Below, piece by piece: positions 1 to 13,705 of a stretch of DNA of 64,000 bases. The stretch comes from Octopus sinensis. Lineage: Eukaryota. The position numbers and the translations under genes are program-made. The notes below the pieces were generated by a model. That model was not told where the DNA came from and did no database searches. It worked only from the letters and a program-made list of their open reading frames with translations. Each line of letters begins with the position of its first letter. Position 1 is the first letter of the stretch. The stretch spans positions 51,026,001 to 51,090,000 of the forward strand of contig NC_042997.1 in assembly GCF_006345805.1 (NCBI RefSeq), given 5' to 3'.

Positions 1-1235
1 ATGAGGATGATTGGCAAACTGGCAGAAAAGTTAGCACACTGGGCAAAATGCTTAGCAGCATTTCATCCATCCTTGTGCTTGGAGTTCAAATTCTGCCATG
101 GTCGACCTCACCTTTCATCCCTTCATGGTCAATGAGATAAGTACCAATCAAACACTGGGATCAATGTAATTGACTAACCCCCTGGCCCCCAAAATTTCAA
201 GCCTTATGCCTGTCATAGAAAGAATTATTATTATTGCTTCCGTTTTCTCCTGATTTCCTCTCAAAATCTCAAGGTTGTCATCATCATCATTGTTTAACAT
301 CCGTTTTCCGTGCTAGCATGGGTTGGACGGTTCGACCTGGGCCTGGGGAGCCAGGAGGCTGCACCAGGCCCCAATCTGATCTGGCAGTGTTTCTACAGCT
401 GCATGCCCTTCCTAACGCCAACCACTCCGTGAGTGTAGTGGGTACTTTTTATGTGTCACCGGCACAGGTGCCAAAGGAGGCTGGCAGCGGCCACGATCGG
501 TTGGTGCTTTTTATGTGCCACCGGCACAGAAGCTAGTCAAGGCATTGCTGGCATCGGCCACATTCGGATGGTGCTTTTTGTGTGTGCACTAATATAATAA
601 ATAGAAGAGTAATTACATGCATAACAGATAACTGCAGTCATGACAAACACACACACATACATACATACAAACAAACAAACAAACACATATCCAACAGGAA
701 ACAAGAATAAAATGCACCAGCATTCATATACAGGCCTGCTACATACAAACACACAAGAGATAAATATTAAAATAGACATTGAGGACAACAAACACACTTA
801 ACAGTGACTAAAAATAACTTATTTCATTTGACATCAAAAGGTCAAAGCAAAGCTGTTTTATTTTGCATTAATATTTGCAATATACGTAGACTTTCGAATT
901 GGTTGCTCTGCATCTCTCTTTGTCTCCACTAACACTTCTTCCTCTTTCTTCCCTATACTCTCTGTCACTTAATAAAATGTTCAATATTTGGTGTGTGTTC
1001 CACAGCCAGCAGACTGGATACTATAGGAAAGAGCTATAACAGTTTAATTTAATAACAAGCAAAATGCCTGGTTTATTTTTAAAGCAATATTACTCAATCT
1101 TCCATGGTAACAGCTGAGTAATATGTAAATAAATTTAAAAAACAAAACAAAAACAAATATAAAGTAAAAACATATAAATGGTAATATGTGCATGGCAGTA
1201 CACAAACATGAGTCTTATTAGACTTTTATTGCAGA

Positions 1236-1630
1236 CTAGCAGTATCGCCCGGCGTTGCTCGGGTTTGTAAGGGAAATAATTATATAAGCATTTTTAGAGA
1301 TGTAAAGTATAATAGCTATCTCAATATGGCTAACCACAAAGGGGGAGGGGTGTTACTGTAGCTTTTTACGTTCTGAGATTTAATAATAAATTTTAGAGAG
1401 TTACTTCCCTTATATATGTGAAAACTGGATTAAAAATGGGAAAAATTGATGGTAAATTTTTTTTTAAATCGTAGACTCATCGTAGACGCGCGCTAATACC
1501 CAGACGGGCTCGATGTGAATCACGACTATAAGATACCCGGTTTTGGTTAAACTGCACCGCAAAATGTGGGAGTAGTTAGGAATCTAAATCGTAGGAGACA
1601 GACACACAACCTCACTTTTATATATAAAGA
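1236..1630 (-). mobile_element. Non-autonomous Helitron (395 bp)
   Basis: Minus strand 5' TC, 3' CTAG with a cccgagcaacgccggg hairpin, inserted in an A|T target. Confidence 0.8.
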
Positions 1631-1788
1631 TTTCCTCTATTTACATAATATTGAGGTCTCTTTCTTTCTTTTGTTATCTTACTGTTTTTACCAATATACA
1701 TATATATATATAAATATATATATAGTTACAGAGATGTACTTGCATAGCAAGTGACTTGATCTGAGATCGTGTGCTGGAACGAAAACAG

Positions 1789-2047
1789 TTGCAGCGTTGA
1801 AGGTGTTTATAAGCCATTTAAGAAACACACAAAAACCGTTAGATTCACTTCAACATTTAAATTTAATTTGTCAAAATATTTTCGTCGCTTTGAGACCGCG
1901 ACCTGTTAGCACGATATTTTTGTCAGTGAACAGGTCGCGGTCTCAAAGCGAGGAAAATATTTTGGCAAATTAAATTTAAATGTTGAAGTGAATCTAACGG
2001 TTTTTGTGTGTTTCTTAAATGGCTTACAAACACCTTCCACGCTGCAA
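1789..2047. repeat. Long near-perfect inverted repeat (fold-back/MITE)
   Basis: Arms 1789-1907 and 1929-2047, 21-bp spacer. Confidence 0.9.
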
Positions 2048-2939
2048 TATATATATACACACATATATAGATATGTATGTATGTATGTATGTATGTGTGT
2101 ATATGTGTATGCATGTATGTGTGTGTGTGTGCGTGTCTGTGCTTGTGATTGTCCTCCACCACTGTTTGACAACGAATGTTGGTTTGTTTACATCCCTGTC
2201 ACCTAGTGGTTTGACAAAGGAAACAGATAGAATAAGTACAATGCTTACAAAAATAAAACTGGAGTTGATACAAGCCACTACGGTTATTTAATGTAAAGTC
2301 TTCCTCAAATCACTCTCTTGCTATTTACTCTCTTCCAAGAACATTTTCACTCACTCTTATCTCTTAGCTTCCCATACATTTTACTCATGTATCTATCAGC
2401 GTCATAGACAGAAACAAATATTTACATCGCATTCTATTGTCTACCTGTCAACACACACACAGTGAATTAGTTTCAGTTTATTCGTTGCACACTGTGTGTG
2501 TGCGTTTGCGTGTGCTGTAGCCCAAACTAAGAAAAGCATTTGACATATCCACCACAATGTGAGTTTTCTCTAAATTTTGCTTAATTGGGGTTGAAATTTT
2601 AAAAACCGGACCTGGCAAAACCCGATGCATTCTACTCTTAAAAATGCTAGGTAAATTGTAATTGAAGAAATCCTATATTGTAGATTTCTATAAGAGACAA
2701 AGGGAGGCAGATAAAATCTGCCTTTTATAATAAGAGATAAGCAAAATAATCAAAACTAGAGTATTGAAATTTCCCAAAGAGGGACACGCACACACATCAT
2801 CATCATCATTGTTGTTGTTACAATGTCAAGATAGCAAGGTTCGGACAGTTACCAACCTACAGTTGCTTTCAAGCAGTTTAATATTTCAATGAGTTTACTG
2901 GACAATGAAAAACTTGGACATGCTTTCATGCAAGATTGC

Positions 2940-3350
2940 AGGAGTGGCTGTGTGGTAAGTGGCTTGCTAACCAACCACATGGTTCCGGGTTCAGTCCCAC
3001 TGCATGGCATCTTGGGCAAGTGTCTTCTGCTATAGCCCCGGGCCAACCAATGCCTTGTGAGTGGATTTGGTAGACGGAAACTGAAAGAAGCCCGTCGTAT
3101 ATATGCATGTATATATATATATGTATGTGTGTGTCTGTGCATCTGTGTTTGTCCCCCTAGCATTGCTTGACAACCAATGCTGGTGTGTTTATATCCCCGT
3201 CACTTAGTGGTTCGGCAAAAGAGATCAATAGAATAAGTACTGGGCTTACAAAGTATAAGTCCCGGGGTCGATTTGCTCAACTAAAGGCGGTGCTCCAGCA
3301 TGGCCGCAGTCAAATGACTGAAACAAGTAAAAGAGTGAAGAGTATAACAT
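2940..3350 (+). mobile_element. Abundant SINE family with a central microsatellite (many other copies, e.g. 20140-20290, 24260, 30290-30420, 42580-42920)
   Basis: ggagtggctgtgtggtaag...ggttcagtcccactg...ttgggcaagtgtcttct head. Confidence 0.8.
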
Positions 3351-3591
3351 AACCTTTTGCATGAAAGGTGACTCTTTGTTAACAATCATTGCACACATCA
3401 CAACAAGGGAAATGCATACACAATGGCATGGTTCAGAGGCTTGCTTCCCAATCACATGGTTTTAGGCCCTGTCTTGCCACATGAAACCTTAGGCAAGTGT
3501 CTACTACTACAGCCCCTGGACCAACCAACGCCTTGTGAGTGCATTTGGAAGATAAACTGAATGAAACTGGTTATATGTATATATAGATATA

Positions 3592-3802
3592 CAAGGGGGT
3601 GCTGAAAAGTTCCTGGCTTTTGGTAAAAGAAAACACAGGAGGATCAGTTGATTATGATTTTATTTAAGATATTCCCCTCTCAGATTTACACACTTATTTG
3701 CAGTAGTCCTTCAGTTTTTCTAAGCCCTATAAAAGAACTTGGAAAGCCCAACAATGCCTTTCATGATACCCTTAAAGCCAGGAACTTTTCAGCATCCCCT
3801 CA
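3592..3802. mobile_element. mariner-type MITE
   Basis: ~30-bp TIR gggggtgctgaaaagttcctggcttt / aaagccaggaacttttcagcatcccc, with TA flanks. Confidence 0.8.
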
Positions 3803-5336
3803 TAGATACACTGCCATGCTGATGATGCCTGCTGAGGTCAAAACATATTCACAATTGTCCTTTTATCTCCAGGCATTAAGGCTGATCTTTTCCTTAATGG
3901 CATATCAACTTTGGAGAATTCTTGGTTTTTGAGATTATCTCATATGGAACTGGTCAGACATTTGGTAATTGCCAGTGTCATGTGACTGGCACTCATACCA
4001 GTGGCATGTAAAAAGCACCCATTACACTCTTGGAGTGGTGGGCATTAGGAAGAGCATCCAGCTGTCAAAACCATGCCAAATCAGACTGGAACCAGGTAGA
4101 GCCCTTCAGCTTACCAGTTCCAGTCAAACTGTCTAACGCATGCCAGCATGGAAAGCAGATGCTAAATGATGATGATGATCCTCTGGAGGCAGAGATAATT
4201 TAGATAAATCAAGAAATTATCATCATCATCATTTAAAGCCCATTCTCCATGCTGGCATAGGTAGGAGCTGACAAACTAGAAAGCTAGACCAGGCACCAGT
4301 CAGTTGTTATGGCATGGTTTCAACAGCTGGATGCCTTTCCTAACACCAACTACTTTACAGAGTTTACATTTTATGTGGTGCCAGCACAGATGCTTTTTTG
4401 TGGCACCAGCACAAGTGGTGCTTTTTATGTGGCTTTGGCATGGGTGCTTTTGCATGGTGCCTTGCTGTCCAAGAATTTGGACCTGTAGATCTCCATTTCC
4501 AGCAGCTTCGAGGGCCACCTCCCAGTGGTGTCGACTACAAGACAACCAAAGTTTTTTTTTTTCAAAGGTCTGGGGTCCCCCGCCCCTAAACCCTAGACCA
4601 TCACCAAATCACCCTTATCCGTCTTGTTGCTTAACAACAACAACAGCATGGTGCCTTGTTATATCTGTATTTGTCCATGTTATGTGTATATGTGTATGTA
4701 TGTTTGTGTCACTTTGCCTTGACATTGTGTGGTGGTTGTAAATGAGTGTCACTGTCATACAAGTGTGTTATTTGTTTCCAATATGCTGTAGATAACATAG
4801 CACCTTGCTTGGAAACAGGTGAGGTTCAGTGACAAAGCACCCAGACATAGAAAATCTGCCTCAAAAAAAAATAATAAAAAACCCTTCCAGCCCATGCAAC
4901 CATGAAAAAGTAGATATTAAAACATTGATGACTCTCATACACACACACACACACACACACAAAGCATATGTGCAATCACACACACACACACACACATATG
5001 AAAGGCCTCTTCTAATTTCTTTCTCTCATAAAGCGCTGATCAACATGCAGCTATAGTCAAAGACACTAACTGACAATGTCCATGCAGTAGGAAACTCTCA
5101 AAGACACACTTCTGAAGAGAATGTCTTAACAACTCAGCCATACCTACATGCATGTGCACGCACACACACAAACAAAACACACAGGAACTTGAGACAAAGT
5201 GCATAGCAGCATTTTGTCCAGTGTGCTAATTGATTTTACCAGCTCGAATAATTATGGTTGAAATATCAAACTTGAAATTATATTTCTCCTCATTTGATTT
5301 ACAGGTGACCATATTAGTGCTGCACTTCTTAGACTG

Positions 5337-5574
5337 ATGGAACACACATTTGGACTGAAGCTTTCCAGTCTGACATGGCTACTGGCTATGCACATTCAGG
5401 TGGTTGCTTCAGGGACTCATGCATATCTTCAGGACAAGGAGTGTAAGTGCTGTGTTGGCCAGACAGGTCCATCAGGAGTACCTGGAATACCAGGTTTGCA
5501 AGGTGCTATGGGAAAGGATGGTCACAAAGGAGATAAAGGAGAACATGGACCATCAGGCCCATTTGGATTAAAAG
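5337..5574 (+). CDS. Secreted collagen-C1q protein (C1qTNF/otolin-like), coding exon 1
   Basis: Acceptor tttacag ending at 5304, ATG at 5337, signal-peptide-like N-terminus, CKCC motif, 13 Gly-X-Y triplets, AAG|GTAAAT phase-1 donor. Confidence 0.9.
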
Positions 5575-5614
5575 GTAAATATTTTAATATTTATTATTAT
5601 TATTATTATTATTG

Positions 5615-6160
5615 AGTGAGAGAGCAATGCATGCCATCAAAGTGACTCTGGGTTACAAATACACGAAGCCCAATATACCCATCATGACAACCCATCTGAC
5701 AAAGGTACACCAGGCACATGCATCACAACCATGTGCACAAAATGGTGATCACATATCAAAATAAATAGCACATGACCTAGCAGGTGGAGTCCAGTTAGAA
5801 TCAGGTTGAGTAGCCTGTCCCACTTAAATGGTCCCTGAATAAGGTTTGCTTAAGGACGATGAACAAAACATCCACTTTACCAGAGGGGAATTATTCAAAT
5901 TCCAAAGAATTCCTCTCAACACATGGCTATGATGCTCCCCTACTACTTCTGCTCTGATCAGAGATGCACATATCGTCAGCCACTGAGGGACATGCTCAAC
6001 TGGTTGAGGCCAAGCAAATAACAAGCAAATCTGTGGTATTGAGCAGAATATTTGCTGTAACCCATCTTTTATACCAAGACAAAACATGTAAATGATAGCA
6101 CTTCCAGTTAAGATCAAAAGCCATGAGAGCCACTACCTGACACTACATCAGGCTATTTAT
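5615..6160. repeat. Unclassified ~550-bp interspersed repeat; second copy at ~23130-23680
   Basis: Two collinear diverged copies starting gagagagcaatgcatgccatcaaagtgac, next to (ATT)n. Confidence 0.75.
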
Positions 6161-6720
6161 CATTATTATTATTTTGTTTCCTTTTCTTTTTTTTTTGGTT
6201 TACTATTCAAAAATGTAACATATAATGTGTGTGTATAGATACATGTGTTAGTAAAGAAGAAAGGTCATGCCATTGATTATTGTCATAGCTTCTGAGATTT
6301 GGTGGGAGAAAGTCATCCTCAGACCAAAGATCTAGCCCAAATGCTCGTAAAAATGCCCTCTCTGCAAAAGGTACTCAAAGGCCATGTAATGGTATGAAAC
6401 CAGGCAAAAGATTTAAATGAAAAAAACCCAAGAAGAAAAATAGTCTTTGATGGGTTTCTAGTTCCCTTGTACCAAATTTCATTTACAAGACTTTGGTCAG
6501 CCCAAGGCTATCGGTACAAGACACTTGCCCAAGATGCTGTTCAATGCAACAGAACTCAAATGTCATGCAGTTGCTAAATGAACTTCTTCATACACAGCCA
6601 TGATTGAGCCTGTATCAGAGGTTTGCTGCATAATCCTGTAGCTCTGGATCAATCTCAGAGCTTAGTACATCATGAGGAAAATTTAGTACATGGAAACTCT
6701 TAAGCCTGAGAGAGAGAGAG

Positions 6721-6756
<36 letters not shown>

Positions 6757-7149
6757 AAAGGATAGCAGGATCAGCATGATGAACAAAAAACACTTATTGT
6801 ATTTGGGTTTATACCAGTTAAATCTCTTTACACATTGGTCAACTGGGTTTCATATAATTGAGTAAAACCCCTGAAAATAGTGGTCCAATACAACCACAGT
6901 CCAGTGAATGAGAAGTATAAAAGGATATATACATATATAAATAAATACACAGACACACATGATCAAACATGTGTGCATGGGTTAGCATGGATTAGATGAT
7001 TACTGTAAATTTAGAAGTATATTGAATATTACAAGTAGCAAAAAAAGAAGGAAGATCAATGATCATGACCCCATTCCAGGACCTGAAGGGGGAAAAGTTG
7101 ACCAGAGACCTGGCCCAGATAGCTGTGCCCAATGGCCATATGGTGGTAT

Positions 7150-7800
7150 TAATAATAATAATAATAATAATAATGAAATTATTGTATACAGTGCTCAGGT
7201 GCACCACAACTTGTCAGAAAGTGCATATAAAGTACATGCAGTAATGTAAAAATGTCTGGAAAGCGAACAATGTACGAGTCAGATACATGCTTGTGTGTGT
7301 GTATGGAGGGGAGAAAATCAGGTGTAGTGTTGGTGAATCTCAGAAAGCATGGAAGTTTTGAAGGATGCAGTGCTCTGACAACTAACAACTGATGCCGGCA
7401 GTTTGTTCCATGCTTCAGCAACTCTCAGCGTGAAAAAATGTTTCCTGAAGTCATGGGAGCTGTGCTGTATTCTGACTTTGTAAATATGTCCACAGGTGTT
7501 AGATGGGTGGAGTTTGAAAAGGTGCTCAGAGTTATCGTTTGTACGATGGTTGATAATTTTATGGGTGTCTGCCAAGTCAGCTGCCAGACGTCGGAGTTTC
7601 AATGTGTCCATGCCCAGGGAAGTAAGGCGTTCAGGATATGGCAAATGCCTGATGGAGGGTATTCTTTTGGTTGCATGTCGCTGAACGGCTTCCAGACGAT
7701 TGATATCCTGGGCAAGATAGGGGTTCCAGACCGGTGATGCAAATTCCAGGTGAGGTCTTACCATAGCTATATAAAGCCGCAGATAAATTGAGTGACTGAT
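7150..7800 (-). mobile_element. CR1-clade LINE 3' fragment in the C1q gene intron
   Basis: VRPHLEFASPVWNPY...RKHFFTLRVAEAWNKLP, with an (ATT)n tail. Confidence 0.88.
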
Positions 7801-8483
7801 TAAATCTGCCACTCAAATTAAATCCCAAATTCTTAAAGCAGAAAGAACAGATTGGATAATGTAGTCAAATGAAAAGTCATTAAAATCTGAAGAACTGAAG
7901 GACTGGTACATTGTGTTTAATTGGCCCAAGAAGGAGAAAAGACAAAGTCAACTTTGATAGAACTTGAACTTAGAATGTAAAGAGATGCGTCTCTGTTTAT
8001 AGAATATCATTATCATTAAACCCTTTAGTTACTGTATTTATTTTGAGATGCTCTGTGTTTCTTTTAATTACTTTAAAGATAACAAAGAATTTAGGAAAAT
8101 AACTTAGTTATCAATAAGCTAGTGTTAGCAACATAAATTGTGACTAAGGTTTGGTGGAAGATTTTAATTCCAAACTTATGAAAACAAGACATTTGTACTC
8201 AGAACCAGAGCCGGTTTCAGCCAGGTTGGTAACACAAGGGTTAATGTTCACTTTCTACGCTGGCATGGGTTGGGTAGGTCATCACAGTCATTTCTTAATA
8301 GACTGGTACCTGTCAATGTCACTTGGACTGGTTTCTATGGCTAGACGCCCTTCCTATTGTCATTCACTTTACAGAATGTACTGGGTGCATTTTCTCATAG
8401 CCCAATAGAGAGGTTGACGAGTTTTCAATAAGACAGAACTAAAGGGTTCTTCACTCATAATACTAAATGTGTTTTTATTTCAG

Positions 8484-9043
8484 GTGAAAGTGGAGTAATG
8501 GGACCATCCGGAGAGAAAGGAAGCCGTGGGAGGAAAGGACAAAAAGGAGAAATTGGTACAAAGGGAGGTGAAGGAATTAAAGGAGCTATGGGACCCCGAG
8601 GATATCCAGGATACAAGGGAGATAGAGGGGAAAAGGGTCTTTCAAGTAAACCTAGTAAACGAATTGCATTTTCTGCCAGCAGAACAACCAAGCTGGGACG
8701 GGTTTTACAAGACACAATAGTGACTTTCAACAACATCTTTGTAAATATTGGTGACAATTTTGATGTTTATACGTCCCATTTTGTCTGTCAGCTCAATGGG
8801 ACTTACCTTTTCACAGCGCATATTATGGGTCAAAATAAAATTGATGCCTTTGCCTGGCTGATGGTGAATAACCAGCACCAGCTTCCACTGCATGGAGATG
8901 GCCGAGCAGGATTTGGTTCAAGCAGCAACACCATAATTCTTAATCTTAATGTTGATGACCATGTCTGGATTCAACTCAGTAAAGACTCAGCACTGCTCAA
9001 CGATTACTCAACATTCTCAGGGTTCTTAATCTTTGAGAATTAA
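8484..9043 (+). CDS. Secreted collagen-C1q protein, coding exon 2 (18 Gly-X-Y + globular C1q domain); 265 aa in total
   Basis: tttcag acceptor, phase matches exon 1. C1q motifs IAFSA, TFNNIFVNIGDNFD, NGTYLF, DDHVWIQL, TFSGFLI; stop TAA at 9043. Confidence 0.93.
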
Positions 9044-12000
9044 ACATGTACAAATATTATCGTCATGCCTGCAGTACTAATATGTGAGAAATAGCCAAGT
9101 CTTTGACAGTTTAAAAATGGTAGATTCATTAATAATAGGGAAAAAGCCAACTTTATCAAATAAGAAATATCCATACTTTCTCGGCAGAGTGATATGATAA
9201 TATAGTTGGAATTTCTAAGGAGAAAATATTCCATAAGTCAAAAAGATTTTTGAAGTAGGTCTTATTGTATTTAGTCAACTTTCATAAATTTATAAAATAG
9301 ATATTGCTGATACAGAATCAAATAGATTTTGCTATTTAAAAACAATCTAGTAAAAAAATTAAAAAGATAAAAACAGTCAATCTTACAATCGCTTCAAGAA
9401 TAGGTAACAAGAAATAAATTTTGGGGTAACAAAAAAACAATAAAAAATCAAACTACCTGATTAAAGAACTCTAAAAATCCAACAAATTTATGCTAATTAC
9501 ATAATAATCGAAATGAGAGTGAAAAACAAAATAAAAAAAAAACAAATGACATCGCTTCACTGACTTCTATTCTCTAGCAATAATCATAAATGAAACAAGT
9601 CTAAATCTATCCAACTTATTTCTTGATCTGGTGAAAACAGAATATGAAACCCACATTTAGATTTAGATAAACCACAGTGTATGTCAATGCAACAGATTCA
9701 TTTTCAAACCACACTAAACGACAAGAACACACAACACTCTCAACACAGATTATGGCCAAGAAATACACCTACATCCTAAGCACCTAAAAGCTTTGGTGGT
9801 GATACTTCAAAACCATTTTCAGGTAGAAACACCAGATAACTTACGAAATCTGTACATCATGTTTTGTTTTGTCTTTTGAATATCTTTTTTATTTTCGTAA
9901 TATTTGTCTTTTAATATAATTTAGTGAATGAAATCTTCTAAATCTATGTAGCAGTCTTTCATGGGATCATTCCACATTATATTTAAATATTACTTAACTG
10001 TCTATAAACCCCACAAAAAAAGGACGCTTGGAACAGAAGATGCAAACAAATTTTGATTATCACAGCAAAACATATCAACAAGCTCTTGTAAGAGACTGAA
10101 ATCTTTGGAATAGTTTTAGAAATTCTAACAACAAAAAGAAAACACGTAGCTGGATCACATTATAGGACTTCCATTCCACATTCTATGTTTTAAAAGCCTC
10201 AAGTCTTTTATCTGTTTAGATAACAACAAAACCAACAATTTTCACAGTCTAAGCCATTTTCACACACCATCATTTTCTCAAAAAGTCATGAAAACAACTG
10301 ACTTAACATTTCTATAAACTGTAAAATTTTCATGGTTGTGAAAAAGAAAAAAATAGAAAAGCAACTTTTACTTATAATGGTTGTGTAAGGTATAATGTGC
10401 TTTTATACAAATAGTTGTGCTATTTTCATCCCAATGGTTGTGTAAGATAGTGATCTATTTTCGTCCAAATGGTTTTGTAGAAAACATCTAAGCTCCATTA
10501 TGAGATTTTTTTTGTAATCTTTTTAAAAAAATTTTTTTTTTTCAATGTTTGTGAAAGCATCAGTTTTTTTTTTTCCTTGGTGAAGTAATAACACAAAGAG
10601 AACAATTTAAAACATTTTAAAAATCATACAAATTCCTGTCAAAAGGTTGTTATGATGTGTAAAGAAAATAAAAAATCAATAACTGTTTTTGTATGTACTG
10701 AGTACATTAAGAGATAGCCATTTACCATTTTACAAATAGTTTTATAAGGAATCCATCCCCTTTATAATTTACATGTGAAGTACTTTTAATAGCTGAAGAA
10801 TGGTCCAAACTTAGCTCTAATCTCAAAAACAAATTAGTAGCATTGTTATCAAGTAGACATATTTTTTTGTAGATGGTCCCAAGTTTCTTAAATAAAATCT
10901 GTAAGAAAAAAAAAACTGAAAAAATTGTTTTATCTTATTATTATTCTACATACATTTTCCCAAACAAGGAAGAAGATGGGTGAAGACTTTTTGAGAATTT
11001 GGACATTTATTTATTTGTGAAGTACTTTCTTTTCCATAGCTGAATCTTCTTTCCAACAGATAACAACTTGAATTGGAAATATGAACACTGCTTATTAACA
11101 GGCCAGGCAAATAAAGACAAGCAGAGTTATGTACCTTACTCAAGAGACCAGCCTTATTGTTGTGGCAGTAATGATTGACCTTACAAAGGAGGTGGGGGCG
11201 GTCAACGTGCTAAATTATCGACTTACATAAGCTTTTGTTCCACTAAGATAAAAAGTAAGTATAAATGATTCAATAACCCACATTTAGTGTGACAAATTAT
11301 GACAAATGTCCTTGTTAGTTCTACAGTTATTTTACTTGGTCCAAAATGTACTTCTAGACTATTTAATTCTTCAAATATATTTGTTGGTTTCAATCATATC
11401 ATTCAGCCATGCACATGCTAGAGTATATTGTCTTCAGGTATTTTAATTAATTATACTGAACCCAGTACTTTGTAGGAAAATAAAATAACAAATGGCAACG
11501 TCTACGGATGTAAAAAAGAAGTAACGCAGAAAGAGACAGAAAAATCAGTTATTTTCATCATTGCCCCAACTTTTTTCCCACACACAACATCTGGTGGGCT
11601 TCTGCAGTTTCCAGCTACCAAATTTCCCCCACAAGTCTTTGGTTGCTCCAAGGCTATGATGGTAGACTTTTGCCCAAGATGCCGTTAAGAGGGGTCAAAC
11701 CTGGAACCACATAATTGCAAATGCACCAAACTAAAATTGAACCTCTAAATATTAACTTTATTTTTTTTGAAAACTTTTTTTTTAAAGCCTAGTACTTATT
11801 CTATCTTTTGCCAAACCACTACGTTATGAGGACGTAAACACACCAACATCGGTTGTCAAGGTGGAGGGACAAACACAGACACAAAGACATACACACACAT
11901 AAATATACACAGACACATGCACAATGGCCATCTTTCATTTTCCACCTACCAAATCCACTAACATGGTTGGCCTGAGAGAAGACACTTGCCCAATTCCATT

Positions 12001-12999
12001 TCTTTTAACTGGCATCTGACAACAAATGAAGTATATAATCTTAATATCAATATGAACTGAAGTAAATTAATGATTTCATTTCATTTCAGTCAATCATTGT
12101 GTTATCATTACCTGCATCGCCTTATTAGCACTTGCGCTGGTGGTATATGTAAAAAACTTTCAAGTGAGGTCGTTGCCAGTGTCGCTGGACTGGCTCCTGT
12201 GCAGGTGGCACATAAAAAGCACCATTTGAGCATGGCTGTTGCCAGTACCACCTAACTGGCCCTCGTGCGATAGCACGTAAAAGCACCCACTACACTCCTG
12301 GAGTGGTTGGCATTAGGAAGGGCATCAAGCAGTAGAAACTCTGTCAGATCAGATTGGAGTCTAGAGCAGCCATCTGGTTCACCAGACCTCAATCAAATCG
12401 TCCAACCCATGCTATATTTTTTAAATATATATCTATTATCTTTATCACTTGTTTCAGTCGGTAGACTGCAGCCATGCTGAGTCACTACCTTGAAGAATTT
12501 TTAGTCGAATGTAACAACCCCAGTACTAATTTTTTAAAGTCAGTCCTTACTTTATTGGTCTCTTTTGCCAAACCGTTACTTTATGTGGACATAAACACAC
12601 CAGCACTGGTTGACAAGCGGTGGTGGGGGGGACAAACACAGGTACAAAGACACACACACACATAGATATATACATATATGACAGGCTTCTTTCAGTTTCC
12701 ATATATCATCAATTTTAATGGCCACCTTTATCATGTACCTGTCAAGTATAGGGGACAATGTATTCAAGTGTTTTGTCCTCCAAATTTATTGATTTTTAGA
12801 AATTGTTACTGTCTTCTAATGCAGTGCTTCTCAATCTATCTGATGTGGCATACTGGCAGTTTTTTGGGTTTTTTCCCCAATGTGCCAGGGACTGGTAACA
12901 TTTCTTAGTAATATTAATTTATACTGGAAACAATGTATATAATTTCGTTTTTGGATTTGGTTTGCAAAATTCTTTATATGAGTTTGTGTGTTGAAGCAA

Positions 13000-13256
13000 A
13001 TTCTGTTGTGTCTGGGGAGAGTCATTTTCTTTTTGTGCCTTATAATGTAACACACTCACTGGTAAAATTTCCACTTATTTCTTATTTCTATTTTCCTAAA
13101 ATTTTCGTTGCGTCTAGTCAAGACTATTGAAAAGGTTGCAAGATGCAATGAAAATTTTAGGAAAATAAAAATAAGAAATAAGTGGAAATTTTACTGGTGA
13201 GTGTGTTACATTATAAGGCACAAAAAAAAAATGACTCTCCCCAGACACAACAGAAT
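13000..13256. repeat. Long inverted repeat
   Basis: Arms 13000-13115 and 13141-13256; a single-arm copy at ~46667-46826. Confidence 0.9.
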
Positions 13257-13705
13257 ATATATAATGAATATAATAAAAGTTGACAATTTTTTTTAATCGT
13301 ATATTTATTTTGTAAACAAATAATACAATATTACATAAGCATTTTATAATGTTTCTTTCTTTGCTGGAAACTCGCTGTATACCAGCAACTGATGGCTCAT
13401 GGACCGGCACCAGTCCACGGACCACCACTTTGAGTAGCACTGCTCTAAAACATTATAAAAATGTTCATTCATATCTACATCAGAAATTTTGAGGAAATAA
13501 TTCATAGCCATCTTTTCCACATCAAAATCTACTCTCAAACTAAATATAAAAATCAATATAAGAAACTGATACGAGATTAGATTTTTAAGCAGAGCTTACT
13601 TGGATGTGTAAAGTAGGGTCCACTTTGGGTGCATTAAGCAAAATCCACTCCAGGTTCCTTAAGTAGTATTCATTTTAAGTGCCTTAAATAGAATTTACTC
13701 TAGAT

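Noticed and set aside
7022-7249. ORF with KKRRK and Pro/Gly-rich stretch in the C1q intron
   Set aside because: No Gly-X-Y register, it runs into the (AAT)n tail of a CR1 copy, and the splice sites are unconvincing.
11020-11100. Minus-strand FPIQVVICWKED as the possible missing LIG1 exon (human YHPVEDACWKPG)
   Set aside because: The spacing is off by one residue, stops flank it in frame, and there are no suitable splice sites.
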